NCBI GenBank assembly: GCA_016192455.1
Contig: JACPUC010000009.1
Location: forward strand, 1 to 64,000
DNA: 64,000 bases
DNA from: Candidatus Tectimicrobiota bacterium
Lineage (GTDB): Bacteria; JACPUC01
Reading direction: 5' to 3'
The stretch's first letter is position 1. Every line of letters starts with the position of its first letter. The translations under genes were made by a program, and so were the position numbers. The notes beneath the pieces are model-generated. The model was not told the DNA's origin. It was given only the letters and a program-made list of their open reading frames with translations, and made no database searches. Positions 7,962 to 17,282 of the stretch are shown here, piece after piece.

Positions 7962-10927
7962 AGCTCCATTTTGAACCCAACCTGGACTATCAGCACGCCG
8001 CCATTGAGTCCGTCTGCGGCCTGTTCCGCGGGCAGGAAACCTGCCGCACCGAGTTCACGGTCACCCGTGGTGCGCTCGCGGCACAGCAACCCCTGCCCTT
8101 TGCCCAGAACGACCTCGGCATCGGCAACCGCCTGCACCTGCTGGATGATGAACTGCTGACCAACCTGAACGACATCCAGCTCCGCAACGGGCTGCGGCCT
8201 TCGGCCTCGCTGGCCTCGGGCGATTTCACGGTGGAGATGGAGACCGGCACGGGGAAGACCTACGTCTATCTGCGCACCATCGTCGAGTTGAACCGGCGTT
8301 ACGGCTTCACCAAGTTCGTCATCGTGGTCCCGTCCGTGGCGATCAAGGAGGGGGTATATAAGACCCTCCAGATCACCAAAGAGCACTTCCAGGCCCTCTA
8401 CGCCAATATCCCCTACGAGTTCTTCCTGTACGATTCGTCCAAGCTCGGCCAGGTGCGCAACTTTGCCACCAGCCCTCACATCCAGATCATGGTGGTGACG
8501 GTTGGGGCGATCAACAAGAAGGATGTGAACAACCTCTACAAGGACAGCGAGAAGACCGGCGGCGAGAAGCCCATTGACCTCATCAAGGCCACCCGCCCCA
8601 TCCTCATCGTAGACGAGCCGCAGAGCGTGGACGGCGGACTGGAAGGACGGGGCAAGGAAGCGCTCGGTGCAATGAACCCGCTGTGCACGCTGCGCTACTC
8701 CGCCACCCATGCCGACAAGCATCATATGGTCTCTCGCCTTGACGCGGTGGACGCGTATGAGCGCAAGCTGGTGAAGCAGATCGAGGTGGCCTCCCTGGAA
8801 GTGGAAGGCGGGCACAACAAGGCTTACGTCAAGCTGCTCTCCACGAGTAACAGGAAGGGCGTGTTCGGCGCCAGGGTCGAACTCGACGTGCAGCGCGGCA
8901 CGAGCGTGAGCCGGGAGCCGGTCACCGTGAAGCCGGGCGATGACCTCCAGCAGGTCACGAACGGACGCGCCGTCTATGCCGATTGCATGGTGCAAAGCAT
9001 CGGCTGCAAGGCCGGCGAGGAGTATCTCGAACTGAGCAATTTGGAACAACCGCTACGCGTCGGCGAAACGGTCGGGGACATTGACAACGATGCTCTTAAG
9101 CGGCTCATGATCCGGCGCACCATCGAAGAGCATCTGGACAAGGAGCTGCGCCTTGCCCCGCAGGGCATCAAGGTCCTGAGCCTGTTTTTCATCGACGCCG
9201 TCGAACACTACCGTGGCTACACCGCGGACGGCGCCCAGGTGAAGGGAAAGTATGCGGTGATGTTCGAGGAAGAGTACCGCAAGGCTGCCGCCAAGCCGAA
9301 GTACCAGAGCTTGTTCAAGGAGGTTGACTTGGAATCCGAGGCCACGGACGTGCACGACGGATATTTCTCCATCGACAGGAAGGGGACGTGGACGGACACT
9401 GCCGAGAACACCCAAGGCAACCGCGACAACGCCGAACGCGCCTACAACCTCATCATGCGAGACAAGGAGAAGCTGCTGAGCTTTGAGACGAAGCTGAAGT
9501 TCATCTTCTCCCACTCCGCCTTGCGCGAGGGCTGGGACAACCCGAATGTACTCCAGATTTGTGCCATCAGGGAAATCGGCACCGAGATCGAGCGCCGCCA
9601 GACCATTGGTCGCGGGCTGCGGCTCTGCGTGAATCAGCGGGGCCAACGCCTGCGGGGTTTCGACATCAACACGCTGACGGTTATTGCCAACGAGAGCTAC
9701 GAGCAGTTCGCCGAAAACTTGCAGAAGGAGATCGAGGCCGATACTGGCCTCCGTTTTGGCATCGTCGAGAAGCACCAGTTTGCCGCCATCCCGGTGACAG
9801 ACGCAGCGGGGCGGACCACAGCCCTGGGCGTGCCGCAGTCGGAAGCTATCTGGATGCACCTCAAGGAGGCGGGTTACATTGACGCCAAGGGGAAGGTACA
9901 TGACCACCTGCGAAAGGCGCTTAAGGATGACACGCTACAACTCCCGGAGCCGTTCCAGGCTCAGCTCCCGCAGGTGAAGGAAGTCCTCCGCAAGCTCGCG
10001 GGGAAATTAGACATCAAGAACGCCGATGAGCGCAGGTCGATCAAGACCCGGCAGGCGGTGCTGCACAGCGAGGAGTTTCAGGCGCTCTGGAACCGCATCA
10101 AGCACAAGACCACGTACCGCGTGCAGTTTGATAACGAGAAGCTGATGACGGAGTGCGCCAAGGCTATTGGGGAATGCCCTCCCATCAGCATGACCCGCGT
10201 GCAGATTCGGAAAGCCGATCTGGCCATCGGTCGAGGCGGCGTCTCTTCGGAGGAAACCGCCGCAGCCGCTCCGACCACGATTGAAGAAACCGATATCGAA
10301 TTGCCCGATTTACTGACCGACCTCCAGGACAAGACCCAGCTCACCCGCCGCAGCCTGGTGCGCATTCTGATTGATAGCGGCCGCCTCGATGACTTCAAGC
10401 TGAACCCGCAACAATTCATCGAGCGGACGACCGAATCCATAAACCGCACCAAGCGCCTTGCCCTGGTGGACGGCATCAAATACCAGCGCATCGGCGACGA
10501 GTACTATTACGCCCAGGAACTCTTTGAGCATGAGGAACTGACAGGTTACCTTAAGAACATGCTGGCCGCGAATAAGTCCGTCCACGAGCATATTGTGTAT
10601 GACTCTGGAGTAGAAGCAACATTTGCCGAGCAACTGGAAAAGAACGAAGCCGTGAAGGTCTATGCCAAGCTCCCCGGCTGGTTCAAAGTCCCGACGCCGC
10701 TTGGCGCCTACAACCCAGACTGGGCCGTGCTGGTTGAGAAAGACGGTGCGGAACGCCTCTACTTTGTGGTCGAAACCAAGGGCGGCCTCTTCCCTGACGA
10801 GCTGCGCGACAAGGAGAGAGCCAAGATCGAGTGTGGCAAAGAGCACTTCAAGGCACTGGCCGCCGGTGAAAGACCCGTAGAGTTCATCCAGGCCAGGAAC
10901 ATCGACGACCTGATGGCACACTGCTAG
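7958..10927 (+). CDS. res: Type III R-M restriction subunit (Res)
   Basis: FTVEMETGTGKT, IVDEPQ, RYSATH, HSALREGWDNPNV, QTIGRGLR and C-terminal YNPDWA...VETKG nuclease. Start at ATG 7958 overlaps the RhuM stop. Confidence 0.93.
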   Translation: MKLHFEPNLDYQHAAIESVCGLFRGQETCRTEFTVTRGALAAQQPLPFAQNDLGIGNRLHLLDDELLTNLNDIQLRNGLRPSASLASGDFTVEMETGTGKTYVYLRTIVELNRRYGFTKFVIVVPSVAIKEGVYKTLQITKEHFQALYANIPYEFFLYDSSKLGQVRNFATSPHIQIMVVTVGAINKKDVNNLYKDSEKTGGEKPIDLIKATRPILIVDEPQSVDGGLEGRGKEALGAMNPLCTLRYSATHADKHHMVSRLDAVDAYERKLVKQIEVASLEVEGGHNKAYVKLLSTSNRKGVFGARVELDVQRGTSVSREPVTVKPGDDLQQVTNGRAVYADCMVQSIGCKAGEEYLELSNLEQPLRVGETVGDIDNDALKRLMIRRTIEEHLDKELRLAPQGIKVLSLFFIDAVEHYRGYTADGAQVKGKYAVMFEEEYRKAAAKPKYQSLFKEVDLESEATDVHDGYFSIDRKGTWTDTAENTQGNRDNAERAYNLIMRDKEKLLSFETKLKFIFSHSALREGWDNPNVLQICAIREIGTEIERRQTIGRGLRLCVNQRGQRLRGFDINTLTVIANESYEQFAENLQKEIEADTGLRFGIVEKHQFAAIPVTDAAGRTTALGVPQSEAIWMHLKEAGYIDAKGKVHDHLRKALKDDTLQLPEPFQAQLPQVKEVLRKLAGKLDIKNADERRSIKTRQAVLHSEEFQALWNRIKHKTTYRVQFDNEKLMTECAKAIGECPPISMTRVQIRKADLAIGRGGVSSEETAAAAPTTIEETDIELPDLLTDLQDKTQLTRRSLVRILIDSGRLDDFKLNPQQFIERTTESINRTKRLALVDGIKYQRIGDEYYYAQELFEHEELTGYLKNMLAANKSVHEHIVYDSGVEATFAEQLEKNEAVKVYAKLPGWFKVPTPLGAYNPDWAVLVEKDGAERLYFVVETKGGLFPDELRDKERAKIECGKEHFKALAAGERPVEFIQARNIDDLMAHC

Positions 10928-11097
10928 AGCAGGTATACCGCTCCTCATCGACTGGATACTGGAGTAGAGGAAGAAGAGGTAACAGGTAGAAGAGGAGGTG
11001 TCCGGCAGGCAAGGGGATGTGATACAACCTTGAGGTCTATCAGATGGGCAGGAAGGGCGCGCGGCAGGAAGCTCTTGTGTGAGTGAGGCGTGGGGCT

Positions 11098-11387
11098 ATG
11101 AACGTCGGTGAACTGTTGCAAGGAAAACGAGAGGAAATCCTCCGCATTGCCGCCAGGCACGGCGCGCGCAATGTGCGCGTCTTCGCTCCGCCGCTCGGGG
11201 CGAGGCGGACGACGAAAGCGATATCGACCTGCTCGTGGATATCGAGGAGACCACCTCCCCCTGGTTTCCCGCCGGGCTGGCTCAGGAACTTGAGGAGTTG
11301 CTCGGACGACGTGTGGATGTGGTTACCGAAGGGGGGATTTACTGGCTGTTGCGCCGGCGCATCCTGAATGAGGCCAGGCCGCGATGA
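11098..11387 (+). pseudogene. Minimal nucleotidyltransferase (MNT) antitoxin with a 1-bp frameshift
   Basis: REEILRIAARHGARNVRVF, then after a missing base at ~11185 the frame continues SAARGEADDESDIDLLVD...LEELLGRRVDVVTE...ILNEARPR*. Confidence 0.85.
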
Positions 11388-11470
11388 AGAAGGATGCGCG
11401 CGTGTACCTGGCCCATATCCTGGAGTGCGCCGAACGAATCGAGCGGTACGTCTCCAGCGGCGAGGAGGCG
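11384..11470 (+). pseudogene. N-terminal remnant of a DUF86/HepT-like HEPN toxin
   Basis: MKKDARVYLAHILECAERIERY starts with an ATGA overlap on the MNT stop; similarity is lost after ~28 aa. Confidence 0.7.
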
Positions 11471-11534
11471 CCGGGCATGAGAGCAGGCGCATGGCGTTCA
11501 GGGGCACGCCGGGAACGTTGTTTGAGGAAGGCCG

Positions 11535-11864
11535 ATGAACATGGACCAAGCGAAGATCGTGGCAGTGATTCGGGCATATCGGGAAGGACTTGAGAGGCTG
11601 TTTGGAAACCAGCTTGTCAGCGTGACCCTCTACGGTTCCTTCGCCCGGGGAGAGGGACGCGAGGATTCAGACATCGACATCTTGTGTGTGCTACGCTCAC
11701 CCTTCGACTACGGCGATGCGATCCGGAAATCATCCGAGCTGACCGCGGAGCTGAGTCTTGCGCATGATGTGGTTCTCTCGCGTGTCTTCGTTTCCGAGGA
11801 GGATATGAAAACCAGCAATCTCCCATTCTTCAGGAACATCCGCCGCGAGGGCGTTCCCACATGA
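11535..11864 (+). CDS. Nucleotidyltransferase (MNT) antitoxin
   Basis: LYGSFARGEGREDSDIDIL motif and PFFRNIRREG terminus. Confidence 0.88.
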   Translation: MNMDQAKIVAVIRAYREGLERLFGNQLVSVTLYGSFARGEGREDSDIDILCVLRSPFDYGDAIRKSSELTAELSLAHDVVLSRVFVSEEDMKTSNLPFFRNIRREGVPT

Positions 11865-12259
11865 AGGAGGAAATCGACGCCCTGTTCGAGAAAGCCGAAT
11901 CGAGTCTTTCCGCCGCAAGGCTGCTCGTTGAGGAAGGCTACCCCGGCTTCGCCGCCTCGCGGGCTTATTACGCGATGTTCTATGTCGCCGAGGCGCTCCT
12001 GTCTTCTCTCGGGCATTCCTACAGCACCCATGGAGGGGTAATCGGAGCCTTCGGGCGGGAATTTGCCAAGAAAGCAAAACTGGACGCCAAGTTCCATCGT
12101 TGGTTGATCGACAGCCAGGACATACGGAATGCCGGTGATTACGGGGTTGGCACGGCGGTGTCCAAGGAGCAGGCGGTTGACCTGATCGCCCAGGCCGGAG
12201 CGTTTATTGAGGCCGGCAGAGATTATCTGCAATCGGAGGGAGGAACCAAGGATAGTTGA
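11861..12259 (+). CDS. HEPN domain protein
   Basis: AASRAYYAMFY, STHGGVIGAF and RNAGDY motifs; ATGA overlap with the MNT. Confidence 0.88.
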   Translation: MKEEIDALFEKAESSLSAARLLVEEGYPGFAASRAYYAMFYVAEALLSSLGHSYSTHGGVIGAFGREFAKKAKLDAKFHRWLIDSQDIRNAGDYGVGTAVSKEQAVDLIAQAGAFIEAGRDYLQSEGGTKDS

Positions 12260-12318
12260 TCGTAAGCCCTGGTGTGCTATGGTCGCACCTCGCAGGTTTG
12301 GACCTCTGCCGCTCATAT

Positions 12319-12948
12319 TCACCCACCCTGCCCATTCCTATTGCCCTCATGGCGCGCAAGGATGCTGTACACCGTCTTGCGCGAGATGCCGACGGCGCGG
12401 GCGATATGGGCCTTGGGGGCGCCCTTGGCGAGGAGGTCGAGGATGACGGGTATCTTCGCTTGGGTGCTTCGGTAGCGCCAGCCGTTGCGGCTGCCGCCCC
12501 AGGTCTTGCCCTTGGCCTTGGCGGCGGCCTGGCTGGCGCGCACGCGCTCGGCGCGCACCTCGGTCTCGAACTCGGCCATGGAAGCGAGGATGTTGGCGGT
12601 GAGGCGGCCGGCTGCGGTGGAGAGGGTGAAGCCGTCGCGCAGGCTGACGAGGTCGATCTTGCGCTGGCGCAGCTCGGCGAAGAGCTGGGTGAGCCCCTTG
12701 GCGGTGCGGCCCAGGCGGTCAAGGCGCCAGATGACGACCTTCGAGACGCCGCCGGCACGGACCGCTTCCATGAGCTTCTCGAAGCCGGGGCGGTCCATGG
12801 TGCGCCCGGTGAAGGTGTCGCGGAAGCAGGTGACCGGCTCGTCCGCCTTCTCCACCCAGCGCTTCAGCTCCGGCTCCTGGCTGGCGTGCTTTTGGCCGGC
12901 GCTGGAGACGCGCACGTAGATGGCCGCGTGTTTCTCCCCCTGTGGCAT
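12319..12948 (-). CDS. Serine recombinase (resolvase/invertase) with C-terminal HTH
   Basis: YVRVSS catalytic motif, DRPGF, WRLDRLGR, AEFE and IARAVGISRKTVY HTH. Confidence 0.92.
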   Translation of the reverse strand: MPQGEKHAAIYVRVSSAGQKHASQEPELKRWVEKADEPVTCFRDTFTGRTMDRPGFEKLMEAVRAGGVSKVVIWRLDRLGRTAKGLTQLFAELRQRKIDLVSLRDGFTLSTAAGRLTANILASMAEFETEVRAERVRASQAAAKAKGKTWGGSRNGWRYRSTQAKIPVILDLLAKGAPKAHIARAVGISRKTVYSILARHEGNRNGQGG

Positions 12949-13471
12949 GCTCTGCCATGAATGCTCAGTCAATCTAAAAGTGAGGCTCAGGTGAAAAATT
13001 GGTGCGGAGTTCTTTGCGCATGGGCAAGGTGAGCAGGGGAGAGCAGGTGGCGCAGGTGCGGAACCTCGCTGGGCAGGAGGGGGGGAGCGCTGCCATCAGA
13101 ATGATGCTGCGGAGCAGCGGAAGCGTGGTAGAATAAGGTGGCGAGGTGCTCCGGCGAGGGATGCTGCTATCAGTTTGATGTGATGAGGCGGTGCGTGCGA
13201 GGGAAGGAAGGATGAGAAAAAGCACCCGAAGTAGGTAGCCCCCAGGGCGGTAGGAGGGGCCACCCCCTTGCGCCGGTAAGGAGTTGAAATTGGTTGGTGC
13301 GCGCAATTTTGTTTTTCTTGGTCCCGCAGACAGCTTAGGTCGCTTCGTCCAGCCAGCAAGATACCGCACCTTCCTCAGTTCAGCCGTATACCAGTTTCGA
13401 GTATAGCTCATCATAAAGGCTCAGTTCTGGTCAAAGAATTAGAGGTATGCTGATCGCTCAGGGGGGATGTC

Positions 13472-14890
13472 ATGGCACAGGTCAAAGAAGTTTCATTTCT
13501 GGAAAGCGTCAACCTGATGTTCGATCGCGCTGCGGCCCACGTCGATTTACCTCCAGGGCTGACGGATCAGATCAAGGCCTGCAACTCTGTTTACCAGGTG
13601 CGCTTTCCGGTGAAGTTTCGCGACAGCTTCCGCATCTTTACAGGTTGGCGCGCCGTGCATAGTGAGCACCGGTTGCCTGCGAAGGGTGGCATTCGCTACG
13701 CAAGCATTGTTGATCAGGAGGAGATCGAAGCCCTCGCCGCGTTGATGTCGTACAAGTGTGCCGTCGTGAATGTGCCGTTCGGTGGCTCCAAGGGCGGATT
13801 GCGGATAGAGCCGCGCGAGTACGACGAGTACGAACTTGAACGCATCACGCGGCGTTTTACCCGAGAACTCATCAGCAAAGGCTTCATTAGTCCCAGCTTG
13901 AATGTGCCGGCTCCTGACGTGGGGACTGGACCTCGCGAAATGACCTGGATCGCCGATACGTACCGCTCGATGTTCCCCGGAGATATCAACGCGATAGCCT
14001 GTGTCACCGGCAAGCCCGTGACCCAGGGCGGTATCGCCGGCCGCGTCGAGGCCACGGGACGCGGCGTCCAATACGTCCTGCGGGAGATGTTCCGCACTCC
14101 AGAGGATGTGAATCGCGCCAATTTGGAGGGCGACCTCGCAGGCAAACGCATCATCATCCAGGGTTTAGGGAATGTGGGCTATCATACGGCCAAATTTCTC
14201 TCCGAGGAGGATGGGGCAATCATCATCGGCATCATCGAGCGGGATGGCGCGCTGCTCTCGGACAAAGGCCTCAACGTCGAAGAAGTGGCAATGTATAACC
14301 GAGCCCACGGCGGCATCAAGGGATACGCGGACGCGCGCTACATCGAGGATGGCCACTCCGTGCTGGAGGCAGAATGCGACATCTTGATCCCCGCGGCCCT
14401 CGAACGTCAGATTACCGCGGAGAATGCGCCGAGAATCCGGGCGCCCCTCATTGCCGAGGCGGCCAACGGCCCGGTCACCTTCGCCGCGGACGAATACCTC
14501 CGCACGCACGGCAAGGTGCTTATCCCCGACGTCTTTCTCAATGCCGGCGGGGTTACCGTCTCCTATTTCGAGTGGATCAAGAACCTTTCCCACATCCGCT
14601 TCGGACGAATGGACCGCCGCTTCGACGAGACGCGCGGCCACCACCTGATCGAGACCATCGAGACGATGCTGGGTCGTCCCGTCCCTGCAACTCAGCGTGC
14701 TCGGCTCATGCACGGCGCGGAGGAGCTGGACCTGGTGCGCTCCGGCCTTGACGACACCATGCGCCAAGCCTACCACGACGTCCGCGAAGTCTTCCTTTCC
14801 CGCAACAACATCCCGGACCTGCGGACCGCCGCCTTCATCGTGGCGATTGAGAAAATTGCCCTCACGTACCTTGAAATGGGTTCCTACTAA
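13472..14890 (+). CDS. gdhA: Glu/Leu/Phe/Val dehydrogenase, likely glutamate dehydrogenase
   Basis: PAKGGIRY, VPFGGSKGG, VPAPDVGT, VTGKP, ATGRGV, GLGNVG, NAGGVTVSYFEW. Confidence 0.92.
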   Translation: MAQVKEVSFLESVNLMFDRAAAHVDLPPGLTDQIKACNSVYQVRFPVKFRDSFRIFTGWRAVHSEHRLPAKGGIRYASIVDQEEIEALAALMSYKCAVVNVPFGGSKGGLRIEPREYDEYELERITRRFTRELISKGFISPSLNVPAPDVGTGPREMTWIADTYRSMFPGDINAIACVTGKPVTQGGIAGRVEATGRGVQYVLREMFRTPEDVNRANLEGDLAGKRIIIQGLGNVGYHTAKFLSEEDGAIIIGIIERDGALLSDKGLNVEEVAMYNRAHGGIKGYADARYIEDGHSVLEAECDILIPAALERQITAENAPRIRAPLIAEAANGPVTFAADEYLRTHGKVLIPDVFLNAGGVTVSYFEWIKNLSHIRFGRMDRRFDETRGHHLIETIETMLGRPVPATQRARLMHGAEELDLVRSGLDDTMRQAYHDVREVFLSRNNIPDLRTAAFIVAIEKIALTYLEMGSY

Positions 14891-14908
14891 GGACGAGTGA
14901 TGTTACAC

Positions 14909-15191
14909 CTAGTGGTGCGTCCCACAAGTTCGCTTACCTATTTGCGGCGTTGCTGGCTGGATTGGCAAGGAGCTTATGAGGGACGCATGCTCCCCCATAC
15001 CCCCATCCCGTAGGGGCGGTTCGCGAACCGCCCCTACAAGGCGGGGTGCGCGAGGGGACAAGGTTCCCTCGCAGACGTAGGCGCCGGGCGGGGCAAGCCC
15101 CGCCCCCTACGATCCGCTCCTACGGAGTGCGCGGAGGAGACAAGGTCCCCTATCAGAATTAGGTGTTGGAACTTATGGGACACGATACTAG
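14909..15191. mobile_element. MITE-like element, copy 1 (283 bp), with CTAG ends and internal REPs
   Basis: 14909-14931 ctagtggtgcgtcccacaagttc matches the reverse complement of 15169-15191 (ctagtatcgtgtcccataagttc) at 18/23; no coding capacity; related copy at ~25197-25361. Confidence 0.7.
15010..15037. repeat. GTAG-type REP palindrome
   Basis: Perfect 28-bp palindrome GTAGGGGCGGTTCGCGAACCGCCCCTAC; near-identical copy at 19871-19897, degenerate copy at 20075-20102, related gtag...ctac hairpin at 15077-15110. Confidence 0.85.
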
Positions 15192-15296
15192 TCTGCAATG
15201 ACTGCCTACTCATAGGTCGGACAATTAAAGCAAAACACAAGCTGGGTTAAGCAGATGAAATTTTGCCCCTATTCTGGCAACCCCGTGAATTCAAGC

Positions 15297-15393
15297 TGGC
15301 GGAAACGCGTGGGAGTCGAACCCACCGCGGACGTGGTTAGCGCCCGCCATTGGATTTGAAGTCCAAGAGGGACACCCGCCCCTATGCGCTTCC
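15297..15393 (-). tRNA. selC: tRNA-Sec (anticodon TCA)
   Basis: Minus strand GGAAGCGC...TTGGA-CTTCAAA-TCCAA, long variable arm, GGTTCGACTCC, ...GCGTTTCCGCCA; 97 nt with extended acceptor stem. Confidence 0.95.
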
Positions 15394-15690
15394 GCTGCTC
15401 ACTCTGTGTTGCGCAGGCCCTGCCACGCGTCGTGCGAGAGGCGATCCGCGGCGGGCAGATGGAGGGAGGTGAGGTGCTTCTGCTGACTTTACTATAAGCC
15501 CCTCATCACGTGAATCGCAACTCCTTCCGCCGGCGAAGGCGCCCGGGCAGGAGAGGCCCGGGGCGGCGGCGGGAGTGTGGGGCAGGCATCCCCTCGCCCA
15601 ACCCTGGGAGAGACCCTGGGGGAGGGGGCCGAGCCGCCGGGGAGCGGCAACGCGTTCCCGCCACCGCGCCCTGGCTGTCGGCGGCACGCC

Positions 15691-17160
15691 TCAACTCGCC
15701 GGCTTGCTGCGCAGGTCTTTCACGCGCACCGCTTTGGCGTCGAGGTCGCCGCGCTGGAAACGCGGCAGGACGCCGGCCTCGCAGAGCTCCACGTCAACCC
15801 CGAGGCCGAGGACGAAGCGGAACTCTGTCGACAGGCGCTTCTGCAGCTCCGGCCAGGCGGCGCGGGCGATCTCGGGCCGCGGCTCGACGCGGATGGTGAC
15901 GCGCTCCCGATCGCCGACGCTGTCGGCGACGATCTGGAACTCGTCGTCCAGCTCGTTGAAGCCGCGCACCACCTCCTCGACGGCGCCGGGGATGATCCAG
16001 ACGCCGCGCACCCGCAGGGTGTGATCGGCGCGCCCCTGCAGGCCCCCATCGGCCTGGGCGAAGGTGCGCCCGCAGGAGCAGGGCTCGCTGCTGTAGACCA
16101 TGTAGTCGCCCATCAGGTAGCGCAGCGCCGGGATGCCTTCGCTCCAGAGGTTGGTGACCACCAGGACGCCGCGCGTGCCCGGCGGCACCGGCTCGAAGGT
16201 CTCCGGGTCGACGATCTCGACGATGCCGATGTCTTCGGAGAGGTGGTCGCGCATGGGCCGGCCGCGCGCCGCGTTCTCCTCGGCGCAGGACCAGCCGAGG
16301 GGGATGGGGAAGCACTCGGTGTGGCCGACGATGTCGTGCAGGCGCGCCCCTCCCCAAGCCGCCTCGATGCGCTGCTTGCTCGACGGCACGCACGGCCCCG
16401 GCTCGGCCATGGTGACGAGGTCGGTCACCTTGGTGTCCTTGGCCGGATCGATGCCGTGCTCGCTCTTCGCCACTTGGCCGAGGTGGAGCACGTAGGAGGG
16501 CACGCCGATGACGCAGGTGACGTTCGTCTCTTTGATGAAGAAGAGGCGGCGACGGGAATCCATGCCGCCGCCGGGGATGATCGGGCAGCGCATCAGGTGG
16601 GCGCCGTACTGCGAGCCCCACATGCCGGGGAAGGGGCCGTAGACGGAGGTGTTGAAGAACACCGTGCCGGGCCGCAGGCCGAAGGACCAGAAGGCGCGCG
16701 CCCAGGCCCAGGCCCAAATGTCGCGGTCGTGCAGGGTGAAGGTGAAGAAGCGCGGCTTGGCGGTGGTGCCGCCGGTGGAGTAGAGCATCCAGCCGTCCTC
16801 GGCCCACTCCTGCGGCGAGACGCAGTGGAAATCGCCGAACGGCGGCTTCTCCATCTGGTTCTGTGACCAGTCCTCCTTCGTCGTCAGGGGGAGCTTGGGG
16901 AGGTCCTGCAACCCCTTCAGGTCGCCAGGCTGGAAGCCCGCCTTCTTGAAGTGCCGCTGGTACCAGGGAGAGTTGTCGTTGAGGTAGCGCACCAGGGCCT
17001 TCAGCTTCGTCTCCTGGATGTGGCGCAGCTCGTCGCGGGAGACGGTCTCGATCTTCTCGTCCCAGTACTTGCTCGAGGGGTCGGGACGGGTCTTTTGGTA
17101 GCGGAAGGAATCGACCAGGGTTTTCCAGTCCTCGCGGGTGAACTTCTTCTTCTCAGCCAC
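15691..17160 (-). CDS. Phenylacetate-CoA ligase / F390-synthetase family adenylating enzyme
   Basis: STGGTTAKP P-loop, LPLTTKED, ALRYLMGD, GRADHTLRVRGV; GTG start preceded by GGAGGTGG. Confidence 0.85.
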   Translation of the reverse strand: MAEKKKFTREDWKTLVDSFRYQKTRPDPSSKYWDEKIETVSRDELRHIQETKLKALVRYLNDNSPWYQRHFKKAGFQPGDLKGLQDLPKLPLTTKEDWSQNQMEKPPFGDFHCVSPQEWAEDGWMLYSTGGTTAKPRFFTFTLHDRDIWAWAWARAFWSFGLRPGTVFFNTSVYGPFPGMWGSQYGAHLMRCPIIPGGGMDSRRRLFFIKETNVTCVIGVPSYVLHLGQVAKSEHGIDPAKDTKVTDLVTMAEPGPCVPSSKQRIEAAWGGARLHDIVGHTECFPIPLGWSCAEENAARGRPMRDHLSEDIGIVEIVDPETFEPVPPGTRGVLVVTNLWSEGIPALRYLMGDYMVYSSEPCSCGRTFAQADGGLQGRADHTLRVRGVWIIPGAVEEVVRGFNELDDEFQIVADSVGDRERVTIRVEPRPEIARAAWPELQKRLSTEFRFVLGLGVDVELCEAGVLPRFQRGDLDAKAVRVKDLRSKPAS

Positions 17161-17282
17161 GCTCCACCTCCTCTGTCTCAACGCCGGGACCGTTGGGCCG
17201 CTCGGCAGCCCGCCTGCGCGCGCCCCGGCCGGCCGGCGCGTCGGTGTACGCCGCCGCACGGACCGACCTTGAACGCCGCTGC

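Noticed and set aside
12256-12960. 234-aa plus-strand ORF, and other long shadow ORFs (e.g. 23161-25311, 31429-33738, 45985-47823, 61310-63145)
   Set aside because: They are antisense or alternate-frame to genes with clear motifs, as expected in high-GC DNA.
12974-13440. Purine-skewed region and 146-aa minus-strand ORF between the resolvase and gdhA
   Set aside because: No recognisable protein motif, RNA structure or clear res-site repeats; left unassigned. A similar purine run at 10960-11000 is also unexplained.
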